64,000 bases of DNA from Polyangiaceae bacterium (GCA_050287085.1 JBNKBE010000009.1:32001-96000); one strand, 5' to 3'. Shown: positions 17,419 through 27,844, numbered from the stretch's first letter. Translations and numbers: made by a program. Notes: generated from the letters alone by a model not told the origin.

Positions 17419-19449
17419 CTAGGAGCACCCGCCATGGCGTCGCTTGACTCGAGCCATCGCAAGAAACGCCATCGCTACGCACCAAGGGACCCGCCCCATG
17501 CCTCCACGAAGGGTCCGCGGTGTCAACCTACCGCCTGCGGCCACAGCTGAACAGTCACACCCCGCGTCTTGCGCCACGCCGTCACAGATGACAGTCTCAC
17601 TTTCCACCTCGGTCAACTGCAAGTGGCCGTCCCCATCCTGATCGACGCCGCCCAACACGATGGCTCCTCCGCCGCGACAAGATGCGTGGGCTGGGACCCG
17701 CTCGGTACGGACCAACCAAGGACCGTGAGTGCCGGCGTCGCTGCTCCGCGGCGAAACGCCAGCATCCGGCTCCGGATTGCACAGTCGAAACAAGACCCCG
17801 GCGCCGCCATCATCCCCAGGGGTTGTGCTCACCAGCAACCATCCTCCAGCGGGGCAGTCTTCATCTCCTACTGGAAGGGGCTCCGCGCGCCATGCATCAG
17901 CGGACAGGCCGTCACAGACCGGCAGCTCCGACTCGATTTCCTCCGACGCCAACTGGCCATCGCCATCCTCGTCGGTGCCAACCCGAACCCAAGTGCCGCC
18001 AGCGGCACACAGCTTTCCCGGAGCGACCGCGTCTGTTTCGACGAGGACACCGCGCGAGGCCGTACATAGTAACTCACGCTGCTGATACTCGAACTCGTCG
18101 AGTTCGCCGTCGCGGTCGATGTCAACACCCGCGCTCAACCAATACCCCTCCGGGCACTCAGATGAGCGAGCCGCCTGCAACGCGACCAACTCAGCACACT
18201 CACTCTCATCCTCTCGGTCGAAACACGCCCGTCTGCCGTCGCAGCGTTCACCGGGGCGGACGCGAGTGCCTCCATCACAGACCAGATCCAGCGCACACAA
18301 TCGCGGATCTTCGTCACTCCCTCCGGCGCAATCGTCGTGGCCGTCGCAGACGAAAGCCCGAGACGTATGCGTGCCGTCGAGGCAGAACCACGAACCACAA
18401 TACGCCTCGGACTCGTCCTCCCCCCCGGAACAATCGGGATAGTAGTCGCATAGGTACGATCCAGGAATCGAATCCCCGTCCTCGCACAAGAAGGGGCACG
18501 TAAAAGGCGATTCGTCCGCCCCATCCGCGCAGTCCACTTGGCCGTCGCAAGCAGCCCCGAGGGCAATTCGCTCACCGTCGCTGCACGGCACCTCCTCCAG
18601 CGTCGAGCATCTGCCGCCGGTAGTGCACGCGCTTAGCCAATCTCCAACCTGCGGCAGGGCCGCAACGCGCGAGTAGATACCGGGGATTCCAGCACGACCG
18701 CAGCCAATGCCGTAGCTGGTAATGCCGAGCAGCTCCGGCCCCGACGCACCCAAAGCCAGGAGCGGCCCGCCGCTATCGCCGGAACACGTGTCGGCTCCCC
18801 CCTCCGGGACGCCAGCGCAGAGCGTCGAGGCATCCGCTGCGCCCAAACCAACTGACTGCCGAACCAGACTACAACTCCATGCGTCCAGAAGGTCGAGCTC
18901 CACCTGTCGAAGCTCGGAGCTCGTATATCCCCCTTCAGAGGTCGCTCCGAAACCGAGTGCAAGCACCCGATCGCCCTGCACGAGATCACTTACCACGGCA
19001 ATGGGTTCCGCGTCCGCGTTCTCCGTCAGCTGCAGTAGCGCCAGGTCAAACGCTAGAGTCGTGGGATCGTGTTCCGGATGGAGGTACACCCCTTGAACAG
19101 ACATCCTCGTGACCTTGGTGTCCAGTCTGCCAAGCCCTAGGGCCAGCTGGATGTCCTCGGGCCGCACGATGTTAGGCAACGAAAAGACACAGTGTGCCGC
19201 CGTCAAGACCCAGTCCTGCGCCACCAGAACGCCCCCGCAGAAGGCGGCCTCTTTGGTATCGCTAATACTTGGATTGAGCAGAGTCGCAAGCCACGGGTAC
19301 GCGCCCTCTGGCGCTGGACCGCCACCAACGATTCGCGGCTGGGACACCGCGACGTCCGAAATCCCGAGAAGCGCCACTACCAAAGCAGCCGATAGCCGTC
19401 CTCGTGAGCCCCACGGGCCCGTCGTCGGACCGCCCCTTGTCCGAGTCAT
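17419..19449 (-). CDS. Trypsin-like (S1) serine protease with LDLa-like repeats, myxobacterial CxxGG/DxDxDG repeats and MYXO-CTERM-like anchor
   Basis: QPR-IVGG, LTAAHC, FDLALL, DTCSGDSGGP; four CD(G/Y)xx(D/A)CxxxxDE modules; GCDC then hydrophobic stretch then RVKRR at the C-terminus. Confidence 0.9.
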   Translation of the reverse strand: MTRTRGGPTTGPWGSRGRLSAALVVALLGISDVAVSQPRIVGGGPAPEGAYPWLATLLNPSISDTKEAAFCGGVLVAQDWVLTAAHCVFSLPNIVRPEDIQLALGLGRLDTKVTRMSVQGVYLHPEHDPTTLAFDLALLQLTENADAEPIAVVSDLVQGDRVLALGFGATSEGGYTSSELRQVELDLLDAWSCSLVRQSVGLGAADASTLCAGVPEGGADTCSGDSGGPLLALGASGPELLGITSYGIGCGRAGIPGIYSRVAALPQVGDWLSACTTGGRCSTLEEVPCSDGERIALGAACDGQVDCADGADESPFTCPFLCEDGDSIPGSYLCDYYPDCSGGEDESEAYCGSWFCLDGTHTSRAFVCDGHDDCAGGSDEDPRLCALDLVCDGGTRVRPGERCDGRRACFDREDESECAELVALQAARSSECPEGYWLSAGVDIDRDGELDEFEYQQRELLCTASRGVLVETDAVAPGKLCAAGGTWVRVGTDEDGDGQLASEEIESELPVCDGLSADAWRAEPLPVGDEDCPAGGWLLVSTTPGDDGGAGVLFRLCNPEPDAGVSPRSSDAGTHGPWLVRTERVPAHASCRGGGAIVLGGVDQDGDGHLQLTEVESETVICDGVAQDAGCDCSAVAAGGRLTPRTLRGGMGRVPWCVAMAFLAMARVKRRHGGCS

Positions 19450-19498
19450 ACACGTGCTCTCATCGCAGCGGCCTCGCTTGGAACGCCCGTCACCGCCG

Positions 19499-19945
19499 CT
19501 ACTCCGCCTGCAGCGAAACATGACGAATGCGGACCTTGGCCTCATTCAGCATTTCCATGCTGAGCGCGAAGTCCTCAGCCCACCTCTCTGGAATATCCGT
19601 TCCCTCGGGATAGACCACCTCGGAAACCCCGGCCTGTACCAGGGAACGTGCACACCGCGTACAAGGAGGCCACGTCACGTAGGCTGTGCACCCTCGCAGA
19701 CTGACGCCGATGCGCGCTGCATGCATGATGGCGTTTTCCTCAGCGTGACAGATCAGCGGGTACTTCTTGGCGCGGTCCGCTAGACGCTCAACACTGTCCT
19801 CAATCCCCCGCGGGAACCCGTTGAAGCCGGTACTCCGGATCTCTCGATCCGGTCCTACCACCACGCACCCCACTTTGCTCGAGGGGTCTTTGCTCCACGC
19901 AGAGATGTGCTGAGCCAAACGAAGGAATCTTCGATCCCACTTCAT
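19499..19945 (-). CDS. dCMP deaminase-family protein
   Basis: KWDRRFL, SKDPSSKVGC, TGFNG, HAEENA, PCTRC zinc motifs. Confidence 0.93.
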   Translation of the reverse strand: MKWDRRFLRLAQHISAWSKDPSSKVGCVVVGPDREIRSTGFNGFPRGIEDSVERLADRAKKYPLICHAEENAIMHAARIGVSLRGCTAYVTWPPCTRCARSLVQAGVSEVVYPEGTDIPERWAEDFALSMEMLNEAKVRIRHVSLQAE

Positions 19946-20042
19946 TGCCGCCAGCATGCCCCAAGCGTCGTCTGCTGCCCAGAGACAACTGCGCCGCCCC
20001 CTTCAATGGCCCGCCACGCCCTCACCTCGCTCCCGGAAAACG

Positions 20043-20786
20043 TCACGGCATCACTCGGCCGTCTATGCCCCCGTCGGGCGGCAATTGCCTCGCCCCGCCA
20101 TCGTCACCCCCAGCATCCGGTGCACCCCCTTCGGATGGGGGGTGCGCGACGCTCACCATGCCGGCATCGTCGACCACCGTCTCGATCTGCGTTTCCTCCT
20201 CCCGTAGGAAACCTCGCAGCGTGCCGCTGGCGCGCGCGCCGTCTTCGTTCCGAACGGTGACGAAGACATCCACGTGCAAGCCGTCCCATTGCGAACGGGG
20301 CGCAATGCCACCAAGAGGCACGAAAATGGGCGCAATCTCACAGATATGCCGCTCAGCGTCGCAAGCCATCGGTCGTGAGCGCGGCAATTCACCCAGACTG
20401 ACCTGTCCCGGACCATCCAGATTCACGATCTGCACCGAGAAGTAGCTGCGCGAACCAAATCCTGCGACCTGGACAGCGAGCAGAGCGTGGGAACTGCCTT
20501 GTCCTCCCTCCTGCACGGGAATACCCGCCTGGGCTTCTACCAAACGAAACGCCAGGCCATCGGCGTCGTCGACTGTCCCCACCTTGACCCACGGCTCTCG
20601 CGGTGGCTTCTCGCTGACTCCGGCTTCGGAGTGGTTGCTGCTTTCGCCCGAATCTCCTCCGTCGCGCAGGCGCGGACTCCCCGCGTCGTTCTCAATCGCG
20701 TGACGACTGTTGCACCCCGCTAATAGCGCGCATGCAAACACGCTCAAGCGCTTGCGCAAGACACGACAAACGGCCCCATAGGTCAT
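20043..20786 (-). CDS. Hypothetical lipoprotein
   Basis: LLAGC lipobox; DAG/DGG linkers; GGQGSSHALLAV core. Confidence 0.7.
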   Translation of the reverse strand: MTYGAVCRVLRKRLSVFACALLAGCNSRHAIENDAGSPRLRDGGDSGESSNHSEAGVSEKPPREPWVKVGTVDDADGLAFRLVEAQAGIPVQEGGQGSSHALLAVQVAGFGSRSYFSVQIVNLDGPGQVSLGELPRSRPMACDAERHICEIAPIFVPLGGIAPRSQWDGLHVDVFVTVRNEDGARASGTLRGFLREEETQIETVVDDAGMVSVAHPPSEGGAPDAGGDDGGARQLPPDGGIDGRVMP

Positions 20787-21020
20787 AAGAGGAACTTGTC
20801 CCGGCGCACTCCGAATGTCATCGGCAAAAAGGGGCGCGACGCGTCAAGCACCAGACCTGCCGTCCAACGAACGCCCGGCCATCGAACATTTCACCGTGCC
20901 TGACGCCGTCCTGCGGCCCTTCATTGAGCGGAGTACGCCGCCCGGAATGTCTAGGACGAGGTGGCGTCGCGCGGCCGTGATGAAGAAGTGCTCCGCGGCA
21001 TCGACGACTTGCTTGTTCAC

Positions 21021-21968
21021 CTACAGCAAATTCGCCACGTCAGACGTCAACCAACCGCCATATTCTGCGCCGAGCCCGATAGGCGTATGGGGACGACCGA
21101 GAATGCTGAGCTCTCCGACGAACCAGGCCAGATCCGCACGCTCCTGACCGTGGCAGTCGGCCTTGGCACTCAAATAGTCGCAGAAGCGGTCGAGCGATAG
21201 CGGCGCTACCTTGTAGCGAAACGCAGTTGCTAACAAGTGCAGATAGGTGGCCCTTACCATGCCGTCGCGGTCATGATCGCGACGCAGAAACTGCCTCGAC
21301 ATGTACGTCGGGAAGCGGATGAACATCTTCACTACCCGATCGCAGATCCGGTATCGGAGCAACTCCGTCGAGCCCGAAAGCAAGAGACGTTCGGTTGCGA
21401 TCATCCGAAAGACGTACTCGTAAAGCGGCAAGTTGTCTGCCGTGGCGCCCAACAGTTCCGCAAACACGTCGTCTTCGGACGCAGCCAGTGCTTGCCCTCG
21501 CTCCACCCAGTCGTAGATATAGGGCGCCGCGGCGCCCGAGTCGCGCAGTGCGCGCCGCCGTTCGCCGCTCAAGTCCTCCCAATAGGTAACGATGTCGTCC
21601 GGCCGACGCCAAACTTCGGCGGCATAGGCTCCAAGCTTCCACTGGTAGGCCACAGTGGGCTGGGGATTTTGCTGCAGCCACTTGTGCAATAGCTGGAGCT
21701 CAACGCGGAGCGTGCCCTCCGCGCAGGCGTCGAGCTCCGCCAGCGGTCCGTGAACGAAGCTCGATTTTTCGCATACCTTGAGCATCAAAGGCTCTGCAAC
21801 CACCAGCTCAGACGCGCGCAAATGCTGGCAGACGAAGCGAGGTGTCTGCTCGTCCACGCACAGCTCGGGAACGTCGGCTGCGAAGAAATCTGCCGGCCGC
21901 ACGCCAACTCCCGGCTCGATGCCAAGGAGAAAGAATACGAGAACATTTGAGTCGTCAGCGTTCAACAT
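21021..21968 (-). CDS. Hypothetical cytoplasmic protein
   Basis: About 315-aa ORF with protein-like composition filling the gap; no motif recognised; start 21968 or 22052. Confidence 0.65.
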   Translation of the reverse strand: MLNADDSNVLVFFLLGIEPGVGVRPADFFAADVPELCVDEQTPRFVCQHLRASELVVAEPLMLKVCEKSSFVHGPLAELDACAEGTLRVELQLLHKWLQQNPQPTVAYQWKLGAYAAEVWRRPDDIVTYWEDLSGERRRALRDSGAAAPYIYDWVERGQALAASEDDVFAELLGATADNLPLYEYVFRMIATERLLLSGSTELLRYRICDRVVKMFIRFPTYMSRQFLRRDHDRDGMVRATYLHLLATAFRYKVAPLSLDRFCDYLSAKADCHGQERADLAWFVGELSILGRPHTPIGLGAEYGGWLTSDVANLL

Positions 21969-22137
21969 GGGCAACCCCCGTTCGGCGTGCGGTGCCGAGA
22001 CACTGAGTAAAACGGCCCCGCACGCGGCCCCTGAAACACTTTTGCCCCGCACGCATCAGGCTCGCCGTTTAGGGGCGGCACATTGCAGATGTGACGCCCT
22101 CAACGGGCCGGATCGGCACCACAAATGTTCGATATTG

Positions 22138-25100
22138 CTAGGGAACGATATCCGAGGACAATGCGCCGATCAGAAACGGGCGAATCGACTTGGCATCGAT
22201 GATGCCCTCCAGGGATCCCACACGCTGCGCCCGGTCTACGCTGTGAATCGCGTCGAACTCGGCAGCCAACTCGGCCTGCTTCTCGAGACGCACGTCTTCG
22301 GTGAGCTTTTCCAGCGCGTCGCGTCCACGCTGCGTGGGACGCGCCATCCATTGCTGTCGCGCGGCGATCACTCGCTCATCCCTCGCAACGCGGTCGCTCA
22401 CCTCTCGCGGGAACACAACCGCAGCCGCGGGTCCACCGCCGATAACGGACGCGTAGGACCCTTCAACCGCAAATGCTCGAAGCCCCGAATTGAGTTCGCG
22501 AGAAAAGACGACATACGCCCCGCCGTGGTAGCGCGACACCACCAAAAACACGAGCGGACCCTCGAAGTTGACCACGGCGCGGGCGATCTCCGCGCCATAC
22601 TCCAACTGTAGCTTCCGCATCGACTCGGGCGAGCCATCAAAACCCGATAGATTGGCCAGCACTACGGCAGGACGGTTGCCGCTACAGGCGTTCAGAGCAC
22701 GCGCCACCTTCTTCGACGAAGTTGGAAACAGCGTTCCTCCGTTCCACTCGGCGGGACCGTCCATCGGACGATATCCCCAGCGCGCAACATTCTGACTTTC
22801 GATGCCGATCAGACTGACGGCATGACCCCCCAGATGGCTGTCCCAAACGATGGCGGTCTCGCCCCCGGTCTGAGCCGGCCACCGCTCCAAGTAGGGGCTG
22901 TCAGCATCAGCCACGGCGCGCATGAGGGCACGCATCGAGAAGGGCCGCTTTCGTCCCGGATTTGCCTCCAGATCGAAGATCTCCCCAATGGTGCCAAACT
23001 CGGACCCCGCCTCGTAGGAACTGAGCAACACATCCCGCGCCGGGTTATCGGTCGTCGCAAACGGACGGGGTCGGCTTTCGCCTGGTACAACGTAGGTGAA
23101 GTCGTAGTGCTGGTAGAGGATGCGATAGGCCTCGCCAAGGTCTTCCGCGTAGTACTGGGCCTGCCCGTTGGGCCCCATGACGCGCTCGTAGCCGCCGATC
23201 GCGAGCTCATCTTCAGCCGACACCGAGCCGCTTGCGGCAAGCGCGGCGCGCCCCGTCAACACCATCGACCCCCGCGGCGTCATGATTAGGATTCCGCGCG
23301 TATGACCCAGCATCGTCGCGAGCGAATCCCAATAGCTCTGGGCGCCAACATTGACGCCCGCTACGATGATATGAATAGCGCCACGGTTTTGGGTGAAGGT
23401 TACAATTCTCCGGACGACGCGCGCTGTGGCGTCCAGATTCTCCGTGCCGCTATCCATCGCAATTCGTGCGCCGCTGGACACGGGTAGCCATTCAACCGGC
23501 ACTCCCAATCTTTCGGCCAGGTCGATGGCTGCCATGACGCGATCGCATTCCGCCGCCGCAAGCGCCCCCATGCCCCGCGTCGGATCCGAGAGCAACAGCA
23601 CGCGCTTCATTCCCTCGGGGACCTTCGCCGTCTGCGTCGTGATCACCCCGAAGACCACAGAACTCACGTTCTGCCCTGGTGGGCGCCCAGCCACGCTGAC
23701 AGCCTCACCACTGCTCGGGTCGAGATCGTATTCCTCGAATCGTCCCGGGGGGAGATTCGAAGTTTGCGCCACGCCCACATGCTCAGGCGTCACTTCGGGT
23801 GCCAGCATGCTGATGATCTCATAGGGGTAGAGCAGCCCCCGGCGCCGGGCCGCAACCACGCTTCTTTGGTAGGCTTCTACCGGCACCAGCGGCTGCCGAT
23901 GCGGAGATCGGCGCTGAATCTCGACGCGACTCCCCGTGGTATCGGTGATCACAAATTCCGTGGGCAGAACGCCGTCGGGCGTGACCAATGGCAATTGAAC
24001 GCTGACGCGTTCGAGGCCCAAGTGACGCGTTGCCGGATACAACGTTTGCGCCATCTTCTCCTCGAGGCCCTCATCGAGTTCGAGCGCTTGAGCAATGAAG
24101 AGCCCAAGGCGATTCCATTGCAGTCGCCTGCGCGGATCTCTGAGCCCCAGATATAGGCGCATGGTCTGGGCCGCTTCGTGAAACACTCTCTCGAAGGCTG
24201 GCAGATATGCAGAAGCGCTCGAAACCCCTGGCATCAGGGGGTCCCGCACCTCGGCGAGCACGAAAAGTCGCTCGTCGTCGGGAACGGCTCGCGCTTTGCC
24301 ATGAAAGCAATAGACCCCTTCCGGAGCGGGGAGACGTTCAAGAGTAAAACTCTCATAGCGCCCGAGATCGACACGCTCCGCCGCCTCCGGATGCATCTCG
24401 TAGAGCGCAAGCGGTCGCACTTCGCCATCGACCCGATGATAGGAGTAGTGAGTCAGCCCCTTCTCGCTGTCGACTAGCGTCACGGTAAGGCGTCCCGCTC
24501 GCAACGCTTGAGCCCCCGTCTCGATCTCCGAGAGCAACTCTGATGCGTCTCGCTCACCTGAAAGCGGCACAAACACTTCACTGGCGAACGAATCGGCGCG
24601 ACAGCTCCCCAGGAACCCGCTCAGGTCACGAGCAAGCTTGGACGCCCCGAGCACGGCGGCACATACGGTTCCGAGCCCGTCAAAGACCAATTGCTCGGCA
24701 TCTGCCCCCCCAATAGGGGTTGCTGACGGAACGCGCGGCCCGTATAGCCGGCGAAGCGTCGTACTGAGCGCTATCGCGCGGCGTCGTGGGTCGGACGCCG
24801 AAAACCACTGGTATATGCGCGCAAACCAGCGGTTCGGTGCCTGCGCGAGCTCCGCCACGCTCGGCGCGGTGCGCAAGTCAGCGTGTTCGTCGAGCAACCA
24901 CTCTTCGAGCTTCTGCTGAGTACGAGCCGCCGCAGCGTCCAGCAGCGGGCGCTGAAAGACGACATAGCTCGCCTCGACGCACGCGTCGGCCAAGGAATGT
25001 GGTACGTGGCCGCGCAACGAGATCAGGCCCTGCAACGTGGCCTTGAGCTCACTGTCACCGGACAAATCAACGCGACGACTGAGCGCCACGACGCGGCGCA

Positions 25101-27690
25101 CAATCGCTCGAATGAGCGAGAAGCGGTGTTCCGGCTCCAGCTGCGAAGCAAACATTCGAACAACCGCACGTTCCATGGCTGGAGAGTAGTTGAGCGCCAC
25201 GACACCGTCGTAGTGCGCTACGGCAAGTTTTAGAACGTCGAGGAAGCGCTCTGGCAATCCGCTTCCGTTGGCGCGCAGGCGCCGCACGAACAGGCGCATC
25301 AACGCGTTGTTGCTCAACTGATCGAGCTCACCTGAGCCCAGCCGGTGCCGAGTCGAGCGGGTAAACGGCCTTTCGATGTCGAGAAAGACACCGAGCTGAG
25401 CGCGCACGCTGGCGAGCTCTCCGCAGACTTCATCGCTTAGCTCCTCCGGGAGATCAGCTTCCAGCAATGACGTCAAGCGCTTGATTCGAGGCTCAAAGAT
25501 ATCGTAACCCAGAATGCAGCGACGCACTTCTTCGACGACCAACGCCTGAGTCCGCCGGCGCTCAGCCGGCTCCAGCGCGGCAAAGCTCTCCACGTCCGGA
25601 AGGTCATCTGCGCCAAAGAAGAGTTCCAATCGGTCCTCGACCTCGGGCAGCACTAGCTGACTTACGACGCTGTCTTGAGACGGTTCTTCCTCCGAGCTCG
25701 GATCGATGTTGAGGATGATTTCACCGGCCGCGACCTGCTGCCCTTTCCGAACCCGAATCTCGGTAACCACGCCCCCAATCGGCGCATCAAAGCCGATTTC
25801 CATCTTCATGGCCTCGAGCAATCCCAAGGACTGCCCGGCCTGAACCTTCTGTCCCACGCTGACGTGAAGCGCCACGACCATCGACGGCGCCTTGGCCCGG
25901 ACTTGCCCCGCCATTTGGCGCCCGAATTGATGCACCGTGCCTTCAACCTCGATGCGAATGCTCGCCTCGGTTACATCGTATAGCGCCCGCAGGTCGTGCT
26001 CCCCGAACTTCAGGCGCACCGCATGGGCGCCCGAGACGGCGAGCTGAACGGCGGCAATGCGCCCGCCAAGATGAACGCGAAAGCGATCAGCGCCAGAGGC
26101 GTAAACCGCCACTCGATAGGGCTTGTTGAGGTAGGTGAGGTCGAATTCCAGTCCCCCACTCTTTGGCGTCTTGTCTTGCGTTATGCTACCCGCGTCAGCA
26201 AAGAAGCTGTCGAGCAATGCCCTTCGGGCCGCTCGAAACGATAGGATGGCGGCGAGCATCAGCGCCTCAGCCGCATACTCTCGCGTCGGCTTGCGTCCTT
26301 CGTTGTAGCGATCGAGCCAAGTGGTGTTTACGTTGCCCTGACGGTAGTCCTGAGCTTCGAGCAATTCGAGCAGGTATCCCTTATTGGTCGCACCACCCTC
26401 GATCACGAGATCAAAGTCCCGCAGCGCCCCCACCAGGCGGGCACGCGCCTCCTCACGCGTGTCGCCAGTAGCGATAACCTTGGCGATCAGAGAGTCGAAG
26501 TCCGCCGGCACAGTCGACCCGACGGCCACGCCGGTGTCGATCCGCAGCCGCGGCCCAAGCGCTGGGTCGAAACGACCGATGCGCCCTGGAGCCGGCAAGA
26601 AGCCAGCGTCGGGGTCCTCAGCGCAGACGCGTGCTTCGATCGAAAACCCCCGCTCTCGGAACTCGAGGGCAGGCAGATGCTCGCCTCGCGCCACGCGAAT
26701 CTGCAGCTGCACCAGGTCGCTGCTGGTGATTTCTTCGGTGATGCCGTGTTCAACCTGAAGCCGGGGATTCATCTCGAGAAAGAAGAAATCCGGACCATCA
26801 ACGAGAAACTCCACCGTGCCGGCGCCCGAGTAGCCCACTTCGCGAGCAAGCGCGACGGCGGACTCCTTCAGGGCTTGAAACATGAGCGGTGGCAATCCGC
26901 TCGGCGGCGCTTCCTCGAGGACCTTCTGGTGCCGACGCTGTACCGAGCAATCACGACACCCGAGCGCCACGACGTTCCCGTGGGTGTCGGCGATGATCTG
27001 CACCTCGATGTGCCGTCCTCCTTGCACCATCGCTTCGACGAACATGCGACCGTCGCCAAACGCCGAAATGGCTTCGGACTGAGCCGACGTGAAGTTCGCT
27101 TCGAAGTCCTTCTCGGCACGCACCACGCGGATGCCGCGACCTCCGCCGCCCGCCGAGGCCTTGATCACAACCGGAAAGCCAATGCGCTTGGCGTGCGCGA
27201 GCGCATCGGCGCAACCGTCCACCTCGCCGCCGCTCCATTCTGTAACCGGAACGTCGACGCGCTCAGCCAGCAGCTTCGAAGCAATCTTGTCCCCCAGCGC
27301 TCGCATGGTACCCGCCTTGGGTCCCAGAAAGCGGATCCCCGCAGCCTCGAGCTTGTCGACAAAGGTCGGCGACTCAGCCACGAACCCCCAGCCCGGCCAC
27401 ACCGCATCCGCCCCGACATCCCGCAGCGCGGCCAGCAGCAAGTCATGGTCGAGATAGGCGCCGACCGGAGTGGTGCGCACCACGAGCTCCCGCGCAACGT
27501 CTGCGTGCCGGACGAAAGGCGCATCCTTGTCCACGGGCGTATACAGCGCGACGACACGGATTTCGGCTCCTTCAAGCGCTCGAAGCGACTTGACGGCACG
27601 AATGCAACGCATGGCGGCTTCCCCGCGATTGACGATCGCCAAACACCGGATCGGGCGGAGCTCGCTCGAGACACTCTCTTCGCTGGTCAT
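22138..27690 (-). CDS. Single-chain biotin-dependent acyl-CoA carboxylase (BC-BCCP-central-CT fusion)
   Basis: NRGEAA, GWGFVAE, GGGGRG, RDCSVQRRHQK, EMNPRLQVEH (BC); EAMKME (biotin Lys); SSGARI, NLSGFDGSPES, YHGGAYVV (CT). Confidence 0.95.
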   Translation of the reverse strand: MTSEESVSSELRPIRCLAIVNRGEAAMRCIRAVKSLRALEGAEIRVVALYTPVDKDAPFVRHADVARELVVRTTPVGAYLDHDLLLAALRDVGADAVWPGWGFVAESPTFVDKLEAAGIRFLGPKAGTMRALGDKIASKLLAERVDVPVTEWSGGEVDGCADALAHAKRIGFPVVIKASAGGGGRGIRVVRAEKDFEANFTSAQSEAISAFGDGRMFVEAMVQGGRHIEVQIIADTHGNVVALGCRDCSVQRRHQKVLEEAPPSGLPPLMFQALKESAVALAREVGYSGAGTVEFLVDGPDFFFLEMNPRLQVEHGITEEITSSDLVQLQIRVARGEHLPALEFRERGFSIEARVCAEDPDAGFLPAPGRIGRFDPALGPRLRIDTGVAVGSTVPADFDSLIAKVIATGDTREEARARLVGALRDFDLVIEGGATNKGYLLELLEAQDYRQGNVNTTWLDRYNEGRKPTREYAAEALMLAAILSFRAARRALLDSFFADAGSITQDKTPKSGGLEFDLTYLNKPYRVAVYASGADRFRVHLGGRIAAVQLAVSGAHAVRLKFGEHDLRALYDVTEASIRIEVEGTVHQFGRQMAGQVRAKAPSMVVALHVSVGQKVQAGQSLGLLEAMKMEIGFDAPIGGVVTEIRVRKGQQVAAGEIILNIDPSSEEEPSQDSVVSQLVLPEVEDRLELFFGADDLPDVESFAALEPAERRRTQALVVEEVRRCILGYDIFEPRIKRLTSLLEADLPEELSDEVCGELASVRAQLGVFLDIERPFTRSTRHRLGSGELDQLSNNALMRLFVRRLRANGSGLPERFLDVLKLAVAHYDGVVALNYSPAMERAVVRMFASQLEPEHRFSLIRAIVRRVVALSRRVDLSGDSELKATLQGLISLRGHVPHSLADACVEASYVVFQRPLLDAAAARTQQKLEEWLLDEHADLRTAPSVAELAQAPNRWFARIYQWFSASDPRRRAIALSTTLRRLYGPRVPSATPIGGADAEQLVFDGLGTVCAAVLGASKLARDLSGFLGSCRADSFASEVFVPLSGERDASELLSEIETGAQALRAGRLTVTLVDSEKGLTHYSYHRVDGEVRPLALYEMHPEAAERVDLGRYESFTLERLPAPEGVYCFHGKARAVPDDERLFVLAEVRDPLMPGVSSASAYLPAFERVFHEAAQTMRLYLGLRDPRRRLQWNRLGLFIAQALELDEGLEEKMAQTLYPATRHLGLERVSVQLPLVTPDGVLPTEFVITDTTGSRVEIQRRSPHRQPLVPVEAYQRSVVAARRRGLLYPYEIISMLAPEVTPEHVGVAQTSNLPPGRFEEYDLDPSSGEAVSVAGRPPGQNVSSVVFGVITTQTAKVPEGMKRVLLLSDPTRGMGALAAAECDRVMAAIDLAERLGVPVEWLPVSSGARIAMDSGTENLDATARVVRRIVTFTQNRGAIHIIVAGVNVGAQSYWDSLATMLGHTRGILIMTPRGSMVLTGRAALAASGSVSAEDELAIGGYERVMGPNGQAQYYAEDLGEAYRILYQHYDFTYVVPGESRPRPFATTDNPARDVLLSSYEAGSEFGTIGEIFDLEANPGRKRPFSMRALMRAVADADSPYLERWPAQTGGETAIVWDSHLGGHAVSLIGIESQNVARWGYRPMDGPAEWNGGTLFPTSSKKVARALNACSGNRPAVVLANLSGFDGSPESMRKLQLEYGAEIARAVVNFEGPLVFLVVSRYHGGAYVVFSRELNSGLRAFAVEGSYASVIGGGPAAAVVFPREVSDRVARDERVIAARQQWMARPTQRGRDALEKLTEDVRLEKQAELAAEFDAIHSVDRAQRVGSLEGIIDAKSIRPFLIGALSSDIVP

Positions 27691-27844
27691 GAGGGGTCTC
27701 CTCTACAACTGCAGCTGCGGCCTGACCACACCAGAAATGGCGGAAAGGCCATGAAAAAATCGTCGGTTCGGTGCAACGGCGATGGCGCGCTGCGTCATCC
27801 CGACCTGGCACGGTGCGCCCCGTTTCGGCCTCAACGGAAGGCCG

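Noticed and set aside
19499..19945. dCMP deaminase as an anti-phage dCTP deaminase
   Set aside because: Only the small housekeeping-type domain is present, without the extra kinase-like domain, and there is no defence-island context
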